Position numbers and translations under genes: made by a program. Positions 38,858 through 48,837 of a DNA stretch of 64,000 nt are shown here, in pieces. The DNA is from Candidatus Poribacteria bacterium (lineage in GTDB: Bacteria; Poribacteria; WGA-4E; PCPOR2b): NCBI GenBank assembly GCA_965215015.1, contig OZ244042.1, positions 4,704,001-4,768,000 of the forward strand, in the 5' to 3' direction. The notes under the pieces were generated by a model. It had not been told where the DNA came from. It made no database searches and saw only the letters and a list, made by a program, of their open reading frames with translations. Every line of letters starts with the position of its first letter. The first letter of the stretch is position 1.

Positions 38858-40000
38858 TTATGGGGAACCATCAGGCGGTTGATCATCGCGACGCGTATGA
38901 CCTCTTGGCGCATCACGGGAAGGTGCCCCCCGACGCTCCTGCTCAAGACGCTCCTGCTCAAATCGACGAGCAGCCTCAGGGTCAGACTCTCGCAGATGGC
39001 GCAGCTCCTCCTCTGCGCCGAATTGTTTTATCAACTGTTGCGCCTTATCAAAACGTTCCGGTGATAACGGTTCACCGGGGGCCGAGTCGCTTTCGTCTGT
39101 AAAGTTCCCGTCGTTTTCCAGCGTATCCTCCGCGGTTTTCGACACCGGTAAAGTTGCCTCTGTTGAAAACACTTTGGGCGGGGACAATTCTTTGAGGTTT
39201 TCATCGAGTAAAGAGCTATCAATCCCATCTGGGACGCTAGCATCAGAGGGACTTGGCATAAACCACGACGCTTTTTCCCTTTGTTGCCCTCTCTTTACCC
39301 CCCGGCTTTCATCATAGGCACGGAGCTTCTCTTGCAACTCAGCCATCGTTTTGTCGACGGCATCGGCACCTCGCTTTCTCCTTTGCCATTCAGGATCGTT
39401 TTCTCTTTCTCTTTGTGCTGCTTCTATATCCTTCTGCAGTTTTTCAAACGCTTCGACTCCAAACGGGTCCGGCACCTCATCAAGAAACCGCCTGTAACTG
39501 TTAATCATATTCTCGATAAATTGATACTCCTCACTTTCTCTTTTGAAAGGAAGCCTCTGGTCAGCATACAAAATCATTAAATCAATCATGAAATCGTGGG
39601 CGGGGTCGAACTGATTGATAATTCGCCATCCCAACTCGCTCTTTTCGTCCCCTTCAGCAGCATCATATTGCTTTTCCAACACTTCGGGCGAATACTCGTC
39701 ATATTGGACAAACGGGTGGTTGAAAAGCCAATCCTCAAAGGCGTTGATGTTTTCAACTAACTCAGGCGAGCGCCTCGAGGGATTATCCGCTCCGATATAG
39801 GAATCCTGAGAGAGGACCTGAGTGAGTTGTTCAACGCCGAGTAGTCCTTTTGATCCCCGGCCCCCTAAGTCCCCTAAAGCAGGAACGTCCCAGCGGGAAT
39901 AATACCACTGGGACGTAATATAGCAAAAAAAGATAAACGCAACACTTGCAAAAGCACAGATAAAAACGAATTTTGGCAAGTGGAATACAGGCCGTTTCAT
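38858..40000 (-). CDS. Hypothetical membrane-anchored acidic protein
   Basis: Long ORF, N-terminal TM, AGGGGAG RBS; C-terminal SPERFDKAQQLIKQFGAEEELRHLRESDPEAARRFE. Confidence 0.75.
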   Translation of the reverse strand: MKRPVFHLPKFVFICAFASVAFIFFCYITSQWYYSRWDVPALGDLGGRGSKGLLGVEQLTQVLSQDSYIGADNPSRRSPELVENINAFEDWLFNHPFVQYDEYSPEVLEKQYDAAEGDEKSELGWRIINQFDPAHDFMIDLMILYADQRLPFKRESEEYQFIENMINSYRRFLDEVPDPFGVEAFEKLQKDIEAAQRERENDPEWQRRKRGADAVDKTMAELQEKLRAYDESRGVKRGQQREKASWFMPSPSDASVPDGIDSSLLDENLKELSPPKVFSTEATLPVSKTAEDTLENDGNFTDESDSAPGEPLSPERFDKAQQLIKQFGAEEELRHLRESDPEAARRFEQERLEQERRGAPSRDAPRGHTRRDDQPPDGSP

Positions 40001-40065
40001 TAGTTCTCCCCTTCTGCTTCCCGTAACTGTCGTTGCAGATCCGCTATCCATTGATCCGCCTCATC

Positions 40066-40968
40066 TCAAACCTGTGAGGCGAATTCATCGAGCATCTGAC
40101 GGATATTGCGCGCATCACCAACAATGAACAGGGGAGCTAAGGCACCCCGGCCGTGTAGGGCTTGAAGTAGGCGATCAATCTGAATCATGCGGGCTTTTGG
40201 GGTGCGGCACTTGGGCCACCATTCAACGAATTCACGCGCGGGTTTCGGGTTACCGGTTCTCAGGGGTCTGGCACCCCGCCGCCATGCCTGCCACCTGAAG
40301 GTATGTCCACAACTCGTACACTCCAGTCTTTCATCTCGCTTTTTCAGGCTTTTGCGATAATCCCGCCAGCGGCGTGTGTAGCCGCACTCGGTGCACTGGA
40401 TATTACCACGTACATGAAGCGCGACCGCTTGGCATTTAGGGCATTCTATTTCAGGGTGAGGCCGGCGATGTCTGGCAACTTGCTTGGGTGCCTCGACAGC
40501 CGGTTTGCGTATTATTAGACAGCAGTAGGGACAAGGCAGACGGACACGGGTTTTCACCGACCGATGGTAGGCTTTCTGATCCCATATTTTACCACAACGG
40601 CACCGCAACTCCTCTGTTCCAGCCAGCAGGGCATGACAAGCAAAACAACGCGGGTTTTCACGAAGGGATTCACGACAGTCGCGCCAGAGCAATCGTTTGG
40701 CACAGTGCGGACAGTGAAACCAGCGTTCGCGGGTGCCACCGTCGCTATCGCGAAATAGTAGGTCAATTCGGCACTTTACCTTTGTGCTGCATTGAGGGCA
40801 GGGCACTAATCCATCTCGGTAAACATCAGCGACCACCGCAATGTCGGCACAACGACCGTAGAGCTCCCAACCGACAATCTGTAGCAGATCATCATCGTGG
40901 AGCCCCAATCGAGCGGCGCGGTAGAGACGGCGGATTTTGCTAGGCTTTACCCGGGGGGACCACTTCAT
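40066..40968 (-). CDS. Hypothetical basic multi-zinc-ribbon protein
   Basis: Eight Cys knuckles (CPQC, CPHC, CFAC, CRC, CPYC, CPKC, CTEC, CTSC); likely start MKWSPR. Confidence 0.75.
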   Translation of the reverse strand: MKWSPRVKPSKIRRLYRAARLGLHDDDLLQIVGWELYGRCADIAVVADVYRDGLVPCPQCSTKVKCRIDLLFRDSDGGTRERWFHCPHCAKRLLWRDCRESLRENPRCFACHALLAGTEELRCRCGKIWDQKAYHRSVKTRVRLPCPYCCLIIRKPAVEAPKQVARHRRPHPEIECPKCQAVALHVRGNIQCTECGYTRRWRDYRKSLKKRDERLECTSCGHTFRWQAWRRGARPLRTGNPKPAREFVEWWPKCRTPKARMIQIDRLLQALHGRGALAPLFIVGDARNIRQMLDEFASQV

Positions 40969-41122
40969 GATTCTTCTAGTTATGGTATCAAATATTAGTT
41001 GCCAGCAAAGACAGGAGTAAACAGGGTAAATCTCCTGCAAAAAGCAGTAACATAATGCGTAACGCAAGGAAAAACTGCAAATTCTTTTTACCTTACGCTT
41101 CACACATTAGCTCATTTCTATA

Positions 41123-41392
41123 TCACGCAGCTGCTATTTTATTCATATCGTGTGCTAGGCGGGATTTCTTCCGATTTGCCATGCCCTTCTTAATAATCCC
41201 TTTCCCTGCAGCTCTATCCAGATGACTAGCTGCTTGACGATACAACTCCTGTGCTTGTTCCATCTCTCCATCTGCAATTGCAGCTTCGGTTTGCTTGAGC
41301 ATGGTTCTTAACGCAGACTTGCGCCGCATGTTCCGATCTCGCTTCTTTTTATCCGCACGGACATGCTTCATACCAGACTTTCTGGTGGGCAA
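41123..41392 (-). CDS. rpsT: 30S ribosomal protein S20
   Basis: RNMRRKSALRT, LDRAAGKGIIKK..ANRKKSRL; GGAGG RBS, TTG start. Confidence 0.95.
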   Translation of the reverse strand: MPTRKSGMKHVRADKKKRDRNMRRKSALRTMLKQTEAAIADGEMEQAQELYRQAASHLDRAAGKGIIKKGMANRKKSRLAHDMNKIAAA

Positions 41393-41734
41393 TTCAGATC
41401 ACCTCCATTCCTTATTGAATTCCATCTCGTAGATAATAATAGCATAATCTGTTCCCATTTGTCCAACCCCTTTTGATTATACAAAGCACTGGCATAGGGA
41501 AAAACTGCAAATTCTATGCGCGACACCAACCTGCTATGTTTTCCGATCTTGCTGGTCGGCTATCTTCTGTTGCAGTAGGTGGTCGCAAGTATTTGAGAAT
41601 TTTTCAAGCACCAACAGTACACGCCAAGCAAGAAACAGCAAAAAAGTATCGCGAAAATATCAACCACTGATCGGATAATTGCAAGAATGGTTAGACTACC
41701 GAAGGACATTCCACTGAATTCCATTTTAAGCTCC

Positions 41735-42070
41735 TTACCAACTTACAGATAGACCTTCCACAAGGCCAATGCCATCAAAAAACCCTGATAACCCAATATC
41801 CGGATTCCAATATGCAAAAAAATCACTATTGCGTTTACTCGGTCTCCCATACAGTGCTTTCACCTTATCAAATGTATCTCCCAACTTAATGCCCGCAGCT
41901 TCCTTCCCCGGCACAATCAGCGCGTGGACGATTTGGACAACTGCCGATTCTGTCACCGGTTCGCTTACACCATCGTCCACCGTTAGTGTAATACCCACGA
42001 AACCCATCTCAATGGGGGCAGTCCACATCGGTGCAAGGATTGACTCTGAATCGAGCACCCCCTTTTTCAC
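41735..42070 (-). pseudogene. Probable 5'-truncated fragment of a PKD/Ig-like secreted protein gene
   Basis: WTAP...ITLTVDDG and IVPGKEAAGIKLGD motifs; no ATG or signal peptide upstream in frame. Confidence 0.45.
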
Positions 42071-42329
42071 TTCCCATCTATCTCCCCATCTGCGAGTAAA
42101 ATCACTCTGCTGATAATTATAGTCTCACAGGGGGAGTTCAGTCAAGTGTATAATTGGGGAGGAGGATATGGACAAACGCGCTAGGAGATTTCTTGGTAGG
42201 ATTGTACAGTGTGCACACCAAACCAACGGCGGAGAGTGAGCCTGATACGCTATCTTCTTTCGGAACGCCTAATTCAAGGACGAGCTCGTTGGCGAAGCAT
42301 TGCTAATGTTAGACAAACTGTTGAATCTT

Positions 42330-44048
42330 TCAAAACAGGAAGTAACGCTGCGCCATTGGAAGGATTTCAGCGGGTTCACAGATGAGGAGTTCACCGTCAG
42401 CACGGACTTCGTAGGTTTCGGGGTTTACCTCAATCTTGGGTAGATAGGTATTGTTTATCATCGCTGACTTATCCACTTCGCGGCAGTTTTTCACGGGGAC
42501 AGGCGGTTTTTGTAAACCGAGACGGTCCCCAATCTCTCTCTCAACGCCCGCCTGCGAGACAAAGGTATACGAGGCGGAATAGGGCACACGCCCAAACGCG
42601 CCAAACATCGGACGTCCCAAAACTGGCTGCGGAGTCGGAATTGAGGCATTTGCATCGCCCATTGCCGCCCAGACAAGGAATCCACCCTTTAACACCAATT
42701 GCGGTTTCACACCAAAAAACGCCGGATGCCAAAGAACAAGATCTGCCAGCTTACCTACCTCAATTGACCCAACATAATCGCTGATCCCGTGAGTAATTGC
42801 CGGATTGATCGCGTATTTGGCGACGTACCGTTTTGCACGGACATTATCGTTGTCGCCCGTTTCTTCAGGGAGACGCCCGCGTTGCTCCCGCATTTTGTGG
42901 GCGGTCTGCCATGTGCGGAGAATGACCTCGCCCACACGCCCCATCGCCTGTGAATCGGACGCCATCATGCTAAACGCGCCAAGATCGTGCAGGATGTCTT
43001 CAGCGGCGATGGTTTCCGGTCGAATCCGCGATTCGGCGAAGGCGAGATCTTCCGGAATGGAGGCATCGAGGTGGTGACAAACCATCAGCATGTCGAGGTG
43101 CTCGTCAATCGTGTTGACTGTAAACGGTCGTGTGGGATTGGTCGAGGAGGGTAACACATTGTTTTGACCGCAGACCTTGATGATGTCCGGTGCATGTCCA
43201 CCACCCGCACCCTCCGTGTGATAAGTATGAATCGTTCGCCCCTTGAACGCAGCAATCGAATCTTCGACAAAACCTGCCTCGTTGAGCGTGTCGGTGTGGA
43301 TGGCAACCTGCACATCGTACTGATCTGCAACGGACAGACAGCAGTCAATCGCAGCCGGCGTTGTCCCCCAATCCTCATGGAGTTTCAGCCCTAATGCTCC
43401 CGCCTCAATCTGTTCGTTGAGTGACTCCGGGAGCGATGAGTTTCCCTTGCCCAGAAAGCCGAGGTTAATCGGGAATCCTTCGGAGGCTTCTAACATCCGC
43501 TCGATATTCCATGGACCGGGGGTGCAGGTGGTGGCATTGGTGCCGGTTGCGGGTCCCGTTCCCCCGCCAATCATCGTCGTAACCCCTGATGAGAGTGCTT
43601 CGTCAATCTGCTGCGGACAAATAAAGTGGATGTGGACATCGAGCCCTCCCGGTGTTACAATCATCCCCTCAGCGGCAATGACTTCAGTACTCGCACCCAC
43701 AATCATATCGTCGCTGACACCATCCATGATATTCGGGTTCCCTGACTTGCCAATCCCAACGATTTTTCCATCGCGCACGCCAATATCGGCTTTGGCGATT
43801 CCCCAATAGTCCAAAATCAGTGCATTCGTCAATACAAGGTCAAGGACACCTTCCCCACGCGTGGCACCGGGCATCTGTCCCATACCATCGCGCAGTGTCT
43901 TGCCGCCGCCAAACTTCGATTCATCACCGTAAACTGTATGGTCTTTCTCGACCTCAATAAATAACTCGGTGTCCGCAAGACGCACCTTATCGCCGACGGT
44001 AGGTCCGTAGAGGTCTGTGTATGTTTGCCGTGGAATGTTGAGTGACAT
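42330..44048 (-). CDS. ureC: Urease subunit alpha
   Basis: [50 protein letters not shown]. Confidence 0.98.
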   Translation of the reverse strand: MSLNIPRQTYTDLYGPTVGDKVRLADTELFIEVEKDHTVYGDESKFGGGKTLRDGMGQMPGATRGEGVLDLVLTNALILDYWGIAKADIGVRDGKIVGIGKSGNPNIMDGVSDDMIVGASTEVIAAEGMIVTPGGLDVHIHFICPQQIDEALSSGVTTMIGGGTGPATGTNATTCTPGPWNIERMLEASEGFPINLGFLGKGNSSLPESLNEQIEAGALGLKLHEDWGTTPAAIDCCLSVADQYDVQVAIHTDTLNEAGFVEDSIAAFKGRTIHTYHTEGAGGGHAPDIIKVCGQNNVLPSSTNPTRPFTVNTIDEHLDMLMVCHHLDASIPEDLAFAESRIRPETIAAEDILHDLGAFSMMASDSQAMGRVGEVILRTWQTAHKMREQRGRLPEETGDNDNVRAKRYVAKYAINPAITHGISDYVGSIEVGKLADLVLWHPAFFGVKPQLVLKGGFLVWAAMGDANASIPTPQPVLGRPMFGAFGRVPYSASYTFVSQAGVEREIGDRLGLQKPPVPVKNCREVDKSAMINNTYLPKIEVNPETYEVRADGELLICEPAEILPMAQRYFLF

Positions 44049-44067
44049 TGTCTTTCCTTAGATATAT

Positions 44068-44391
44068 GAGGGGTGCTCGTAATAATTGTCTGAATCGCGG
44101 ATTCAGCAGAGGACACGGATACTAATAAACGTGCAATGAATCGCGCTACTACGGACAGGGTGATTTATATGAGGAGGGCTCATAAGTCAGATTACGCGTG
44201 GGCGACCGACGGGCATGGAGATCAATTAGTCGGTGGGGCAAGATGACCCACCTATGAAGTTGGGAGTGCTTTGTTTTTTTCAATTATGGTTGGGAGTTCA
44301 ATGGAAGTCACGTGTTAGTCAAGCAATATGCCGCAACAGTTGTGGGGTTTACGGCACGCAGAGTGTGCCTACTACTTTATGAGCACCCCTC
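44068..44391. mobile_element. MITE with GAGGGGTGCTC(A/G)TAA terminal inverted repeats and 8-bp target duplication
   Basis: GAGGGGTGCTCGTAA...TTATGAGCACCCCTC flanked by AGATATAT on both sides; homologous to 58487-58960. Confidence 0.85.
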
Positions 44392-44442
44392 AGATATATC
44401 GGAATTTCAAGATGAAAAAAGTACCAATCGAAGGCAGGTCTC

Positions 44443-44756
44443 TCACCCTTTATCAAGGAACCCATTGGTTCGATTGTTCAGCCCGTGCACAATCCGTTTG
44501 CCCTTTAATTTTGTGAGTGTCACTGTTTTTTCGTCCCCCGGCTCAAAGCGGACAGCGACACCGGAGGGGATATTCAACCGCATCCCAAACGCCTTCTTCC
44601 GATCAAATTGGAGTGCAGCGTTCACCTCATAAAAATGGAAGTGCGACCGACCTGTATCGGTCTATCGCCGATATTAGCGGCTGTCAATTCGACAGTCTCA
44701 CGCCCATCATTGGCTGTGATGCTCTCTTCCGCAAGTATGTATTCTCCGGGAATCAT
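44443..44756 (-). pseudogene. ureB: Urease subunit beta with a 1-nt deletion frameshift (pseudogene or sequencing error)
   Basis: MIPGEY...GDRPIQVG, then [16 protein letters not shown]...AVRFEPG continues in another frame; span is 314 nt, one base short near 44645. Confidence 0.9.
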
Positions 44757-44780
44757 CTCTACTCCTCCGTCTGCCAGTTC

Positions 44781-45083
44781 CTACCGAATCGGGTTGTGGA
44801 CCGTAACGAGTTTTGTGCCATCGGGGAACGTCCCTTCAACTTGAACCTCATGGAGCATCTCCGGCACCCCCTCCATCACATCGTCGCGGCTTAGTAGTGT
44901 TGTGCCATACTGCATCAACTCTGCAACCGATTTGCCGTCACGGATGCCTTCCAAGATTTCGGCGGTGATAATGGCAACCGCTTCAGGATAGTTAAGCGTT
45001 AAGCCGCGCGCCCGCCGATCTTTGGCAAGCTGTGCAGCGACGTAAATCATCAATTTCTCTTGTTCACGCGGTGTCAGGTTCAC
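44781..45083 (-). CDS. ureA: Urease subunit gamma
   Basis: [32 protein letters not shown]. Confidence 0.98.
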   Translation of the reverse strand: MNLTPREQEKLMIYVAAQLAKDRRARGLTLNYPEAVAIITAEILEGIRDGKSVAELMQYGTTLLSRDDVMEGVPEMLHEVQVEGTFPDGTKLVTVHNPIR

Positions 45084-45101
45084 GGATTCTTTCCTCTAAG
45101 T

Positions 45102-45980
45102 CTAATACTTTCGCAAATCAACTGTTTCGAGTCCGAAGTGCTCTGTTTTCAACCAGTTCCAAATCTGTTGAAAGGCGGATTGAATCACCCCCGCGTTACG
45201 AGCGAGCATCCGGATCGCAATACCACAGATACCCGGAACATAGCGCGACGCATCGGGTATTCTCAGTTGGGACAACCCACCAATCGATTGTGGAGGCTGA
45301 TTGAGGGACGGTTCGGCAAATTTACAAAGTGCTTCCCACCGAGGCATCTCAAAATCACCGACCAAATACCAACTTCCCCAACACGGATACCCTTCCAATA
45401 CACCGAGTCCAGTGAGGTAAGGCTGGCACTTTGGTTGGAGGCGGCAGGTGTCGTAGAGTAACAATCCCTCCGAATCGGATGCCTCAATGCGACTCTGATA
45501 TTGCGTAAATACCAACGTCTCGCCCCGTGCCAATCGTCCCGGCATGACAATTTCTTGCAAGACAACCTTTGCCCCCCGATCTAAAAAGAGGGAGATGCCT
45601 TGACTAAAGTTTGCATCTCGGAACAGGATTGTCGAATCGGGCAGGTATTCAAAGATTGCATCTTTCCCGACCCGAACCCGCATTGATTGCGTCGCACCCT
45701 GAAGGGGCATGGCATAAACTTTTGTCGCCGCTTGCGTCGTCAGAGCTGCGTGGGTATTAGGTGCGAGCATCACGTCAATCTGGTAGTCGTCCCCCTGAAC
45801 CACACCCCCTGTGGGACTCAACAGGTATACACAAACACAATCCGACGCGTCATAACGCGGCTTCATCACCTGTAAAGGCACTCGAAAAAAACTTTCTACC
45901 ATCACGGTTCGGTTCTTCCGCTGTGCAAAAGCGAGCCTAAGCTCGCCGTGACGTCCAGCACTGGAGTCAATGCGTGACAT
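45102..45980 (-). CDS. ureD: Urease accessory protein UreD
   Basis: PTGGVVQGD, TTQAATKVY, GRLARGE. Confidence 0.92.
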   Translation of the reverse strand: MSRIDSSAGRHGELRLAFAQRKNRTVMVESFFRVPLQVMKPRYDASDCVCVYLLSPTGGVVQGDDYQIDVMLAPNTHAALTTQAATKVYAMPLQGATQSMRVRVGKDAIFEYLPDSTILFRDANFSQGISLFLDRGAKVVLQEIVMPGRLARGETLVFTQYQSRIEASDSEGLLLYDTCRLQPKCQPYLTGLGVLEGYPCWGSWYLVGDFEMPRWEALCKFAEPSLNQPPQSIGGLSQLRIPDASRYVPGICGIAIRMLARNAGVIQSAFQQIWNWLKTEHFGLETVDLRKY

Positions 45981-45981
45981 G

Positions 45982-46677
45982 TTAAACGCTGAGGTACTCC
46001 CGTATCATGTTCTGATTGAGCGCGTCGGTCTCATCGTGTGCGACAATCTCACCACGGTTCATAATGTAAAACTGCTGGCAGAACTCCCGAACAAAATCGA
46101 GATACTGCTCAACAATGAGAATTGTCATTCGCCTATTTTCAACCAATTGTCGCAGCACCGTCCCAATCTGTTGTATGATGTTCGGTTGAATCCCTTCGGT
46201 CGGTTCATCGAGGATTAGAACCTTCGGGTTGGTGACGAGGGCACGTCCAATGGCGAGCCGTTGCTGTTGTCCACCGGAGAGGTCGCCGCCCCTCCGACTC
46301 CCCATCTCCTTGAGAATTGGGAAAAGTTCATATATGTCGTCAGGGATTTGAGTCTGTTTGTCCGTCCGTGCCGAGAGTCCGACGCTTAAATTTTCTTCAA
46401 CGGTCAACTTCGGAAAAATCATCCGTCCTTGGGGAACATAAGCGAGTCCTGCGCGAATCCGACGATGTGTTGCAACGCCTACAAGCTCCTGTTCTTCAAT
46501 CTGAATCGAACCGGACGACGGCTTGAGCAATCCGATGATGTTGTTCATCAGCGTCGTTTTGCCCACACCATTGCGCCCCATCATAGAGACAATTGTCTCC
46601 GCGGGCACGTGAACGTCAACCCCGCGCAGCACTTGAACTTCCCCGTATGAAAATGAAAGATTTGAAACTGTTAGCAT
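45982..46677 (-). CDS. urtE: Urea ABC transporter ATP-binding subunit
   Basis: GRNGVGKTT, YVPQGRMIFP, LSGGQQQ, LDEPTEGIQP. Confidence 0.95.
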   Translation of the reverse strand: MLTVSNLSFSYGEVQVLRGVDVHVPAETIVSMMGRNGVGKTTLMNNIIGLLKPSSGSIQIEEQELVGVATHRRIRAGLAYVPQGRMIFPKLTVEENLSVGLSARTDKQTQIPDDIYELFPILKEMGSRRGGDLSGGQQQRLAIGRALVTNPKVLILDEPTEGIQPNIIQQIGTVLRQLVENRRMTILIVEQYLDFVREFCQQFYIMNRGEIVAHDETDALNQNMIREYLSV

Positions 46678-46737
46678 AATAATAGGTAATGCGTAAAATG
46701 TCAACCCCAATGAACCCCTGTTCTCGCTTCCTTGGTT

Positions 46738-47538
46738 TTACCGTCCGAGGTACGCCTCAATAACTTCCTCGTTCTGCTGGACCTCGGGCATCATTCCCTC
46801 TGCCATGATAACCCCTTCATTCAACACGGTCACGAATGAATCGAGTTGGCGCACAAAATCCATATCGTGTTCAATGATAATGAGCGTATGATCCTCCTTC
46901 AATTCGAGGAGGAGTTCGGCGGTCAACGCTGTTTCCGCATCTGTTAACCCCGCAGCAGGTTCATCAACGAGGAGCAGCTTGGGGTCTGATAGGATGAGCG
47001 TACTAATCGCCAACCACTGGCGTTGCCCATGACTTAGGTACTTCGCTTCCCGGTGTAGCTCATCGGCAAGTCCAACACGCTCTAGAATCTCCAAGATTCG
47101 ATCGCGCTGGGTTTTGGTTGTGCACCCAAACAGGTTCGACCATAGGCGATAGTGACCGGGTAGGGCGAGCTCCATATTCTCGTAGGTCGTGAGACTGTCG
47201 AAAACAGTCGGGGTCTGAAATTTCCTGCCAATTCCTCGTAGTGCAATCTCTACCTCCGTCTCCTGGGTAATATCGGCACCATCGAAAAAGACAGTTCCGG
47301 TTGTTGGACGGGTTTTGCCGCTCACGACATCGCAAAGCGTTGTTTTACCCGCGCCGTTGGGACCAATAATCACACGGAGTTCGTTATACTCGATTCCCAA
47401 AGCCTCTATGTCCAACGCCTTGAAACCATCAAATACAGCGGTAATATCTTCTAAAAAAAGAAGATAGCGTTCTTCGGTAAATCGACTGTCGTGTGGGCTG
47501 TATTCTTTGTATTCAGCAATCCGTTGGGCTTGGTTCAT
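46738..47538 (-). CDS. urtD: Urea ABC transporter ATP-binding subunit
   Basis: FDGFKAL, GPNGAGKTT, GIGRKFQTP, LSHGQRQWL. Confidence 0.95.
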   Translation of the reverse strand: MNQAQRIAEYKEYSPHDSRFTEERYLLFLEDITAVFDGFKALDIEALGIEYNELRVIIGPNGAGKTTLCDVVSGKTRPTTGTVFFDGADITQETEVEIALRGIGRKFQTPTVFDSLTTYENMELALPGHYRLWSNLFGCTTKTQRDRILEILERVGLADELHREAKYLSHGQRQWLAISTLILSDPKLLLVDEPAAGLTDAETALTAELLLELKEDHTLIIIEHDMDFVRQLDSFVTVLNEGVIMAEGMMPEVQQNEEVIEAYLGR

Positions 47539-47586
47539 GTTAAACGGTTTTCTCCTTCTCGATGTCTCGATTTTCGATGGTTATTC

Positions 47587-48837
47587 TTATTTCGCTTTAC
47601 CCACCAAGCGACGCCACAAATCAATCAAGCCCCCAGGGAACAGTAGAACTACCCCAATAAACAACCCACCCAAAACAAACTGCCAATACTCCGCCCTCCA
47701 CGTAAACAACAATAGATTCTTTTCAGAGGTAAAAAAGTTATAGAGCAGATTCACTGCCAACGTGCCAAGAATCGCTCCGGACAGAGCACCACGCCCGCCA
47801 ACCGCAACCCAGATGACGACCAAAATAGACGCCCCCGCTTCCATGTTCGTCGGTGTAAAAATACCCATCTGCGGCGCGTAAAGCATCCCACCGAGTCCAG
47901 CGATCATTCCGGCAAGACTAAAAGCAAAGAGCTTATAGATATAGGGTTTATAACCCGAAAAACGCAAGGTGGTTTCGTCATCTCGGATGGCGATGAGGAC
48001 ACGTCCTAAACGAGATTTGACAACATACTTGCAAAGAACATAGACGCCAACGAGAGCGAGAAGCGTGATAATATACAGGCTCACTTTGACCTGAGGGCTT
48101 GTCAACTTGAACCCCGCGATTCGGTCAAACCGTGTCAAGCCATTTGTGCCACACAGCTTCATGTTGTTCATGCAGAACACTAACCATCCCGCGACTGTAA
48201 TCGCCTGCGTCAAGATGGCAAAGTAAACCCCACGAACCCGGCTCTTAAAACCGAAATAACCAATCGCCAAAGCCGCCATACCCGGAATGAGCAATCCTAA
48301 AATGACTGTAATCGGAAGCGTATAAAAGGGCTTCCAGAACCATGGAACCAGGGCATCCCCTGGCACTTCACCAACTTTGTATGGATAAACTACATACAGG
48401 CAAGCGGGAATTTTCCAGTTGTTGGCGTCTATAATTCCCTCCGGACCGCCATGATGCGCCAAGTACATCCCCATCGCATAACCACCCAGTGCGAAAAAGA
48501 AGGCTTGGCAAAGACTCAGGATGCCGGTGTAACCCCAGATTAGATCGAGACCCACTGCGACAATTGCAAACGCCATGTACCGACCAAGCATGTTTACGGT
48601 TCCGAGGGTAATCCCCCCCATGTAGTACAAGGCGGGGATAACAACCAACCCCATAAAAAACAGTCCCCACGGGACATAACGCCGAAGAAAAATTGACAAT
48701 TGACCGTTGACTATACTTCTTTCCGCTTCGACCTTTCTATCCTGCCACAGTTTTTGTTTATTTGTGTCAATAGGTTGGTAACTCGCTTCGCTCGGAGATT
48801 GATCGCTCGTCTGTGTAATTACAGCTTTTCTAAACAT
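47587..48837 (-). CDS. urtC: Urea ABC transporter permease
   Basis: LDLIWGYTGILSL, LGGYAMGMYL, SRVRGVYFAILTQA, VAVGGRG. Confidence 0.93.
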   Translation of the reverse strand: MFRKAVITQTSDQSPSEASYQPIDTNKQKLWQDRKVEAERSIVNGQLSIFLRRYVPWGLFFMGLVVIPALYYMGGITLGTVNMLGRYMAFAIVAVGLDLIWGYTGILSLCQAFFFALGGYAMGMYLAHHGGPEGIIDANNWKIPACLYVVYPYKVGEVPGDALVPWFWKPFYTLPITVILGLLIPGMAALAIGYFGFKSRVRGVYFAILTQAITVAGWLVFCMNNMKLCGTNGLTRFDRIAGFKLTSPQVKVSLYIITLLALVGVYVLCKYVVKSRLGRVLIAIRDDETTLRFSGYKPYIYKLFAFSLAGMIAGLGGMLYAPQMGIFTPTNMEAGASILVVIWVAVGGRGALSGAILGTLAVNLLYNFFTSEKNLLLFTWRAEYWQFVLGGLFIGVVLLFPGGLIDLWRRLVGKAK

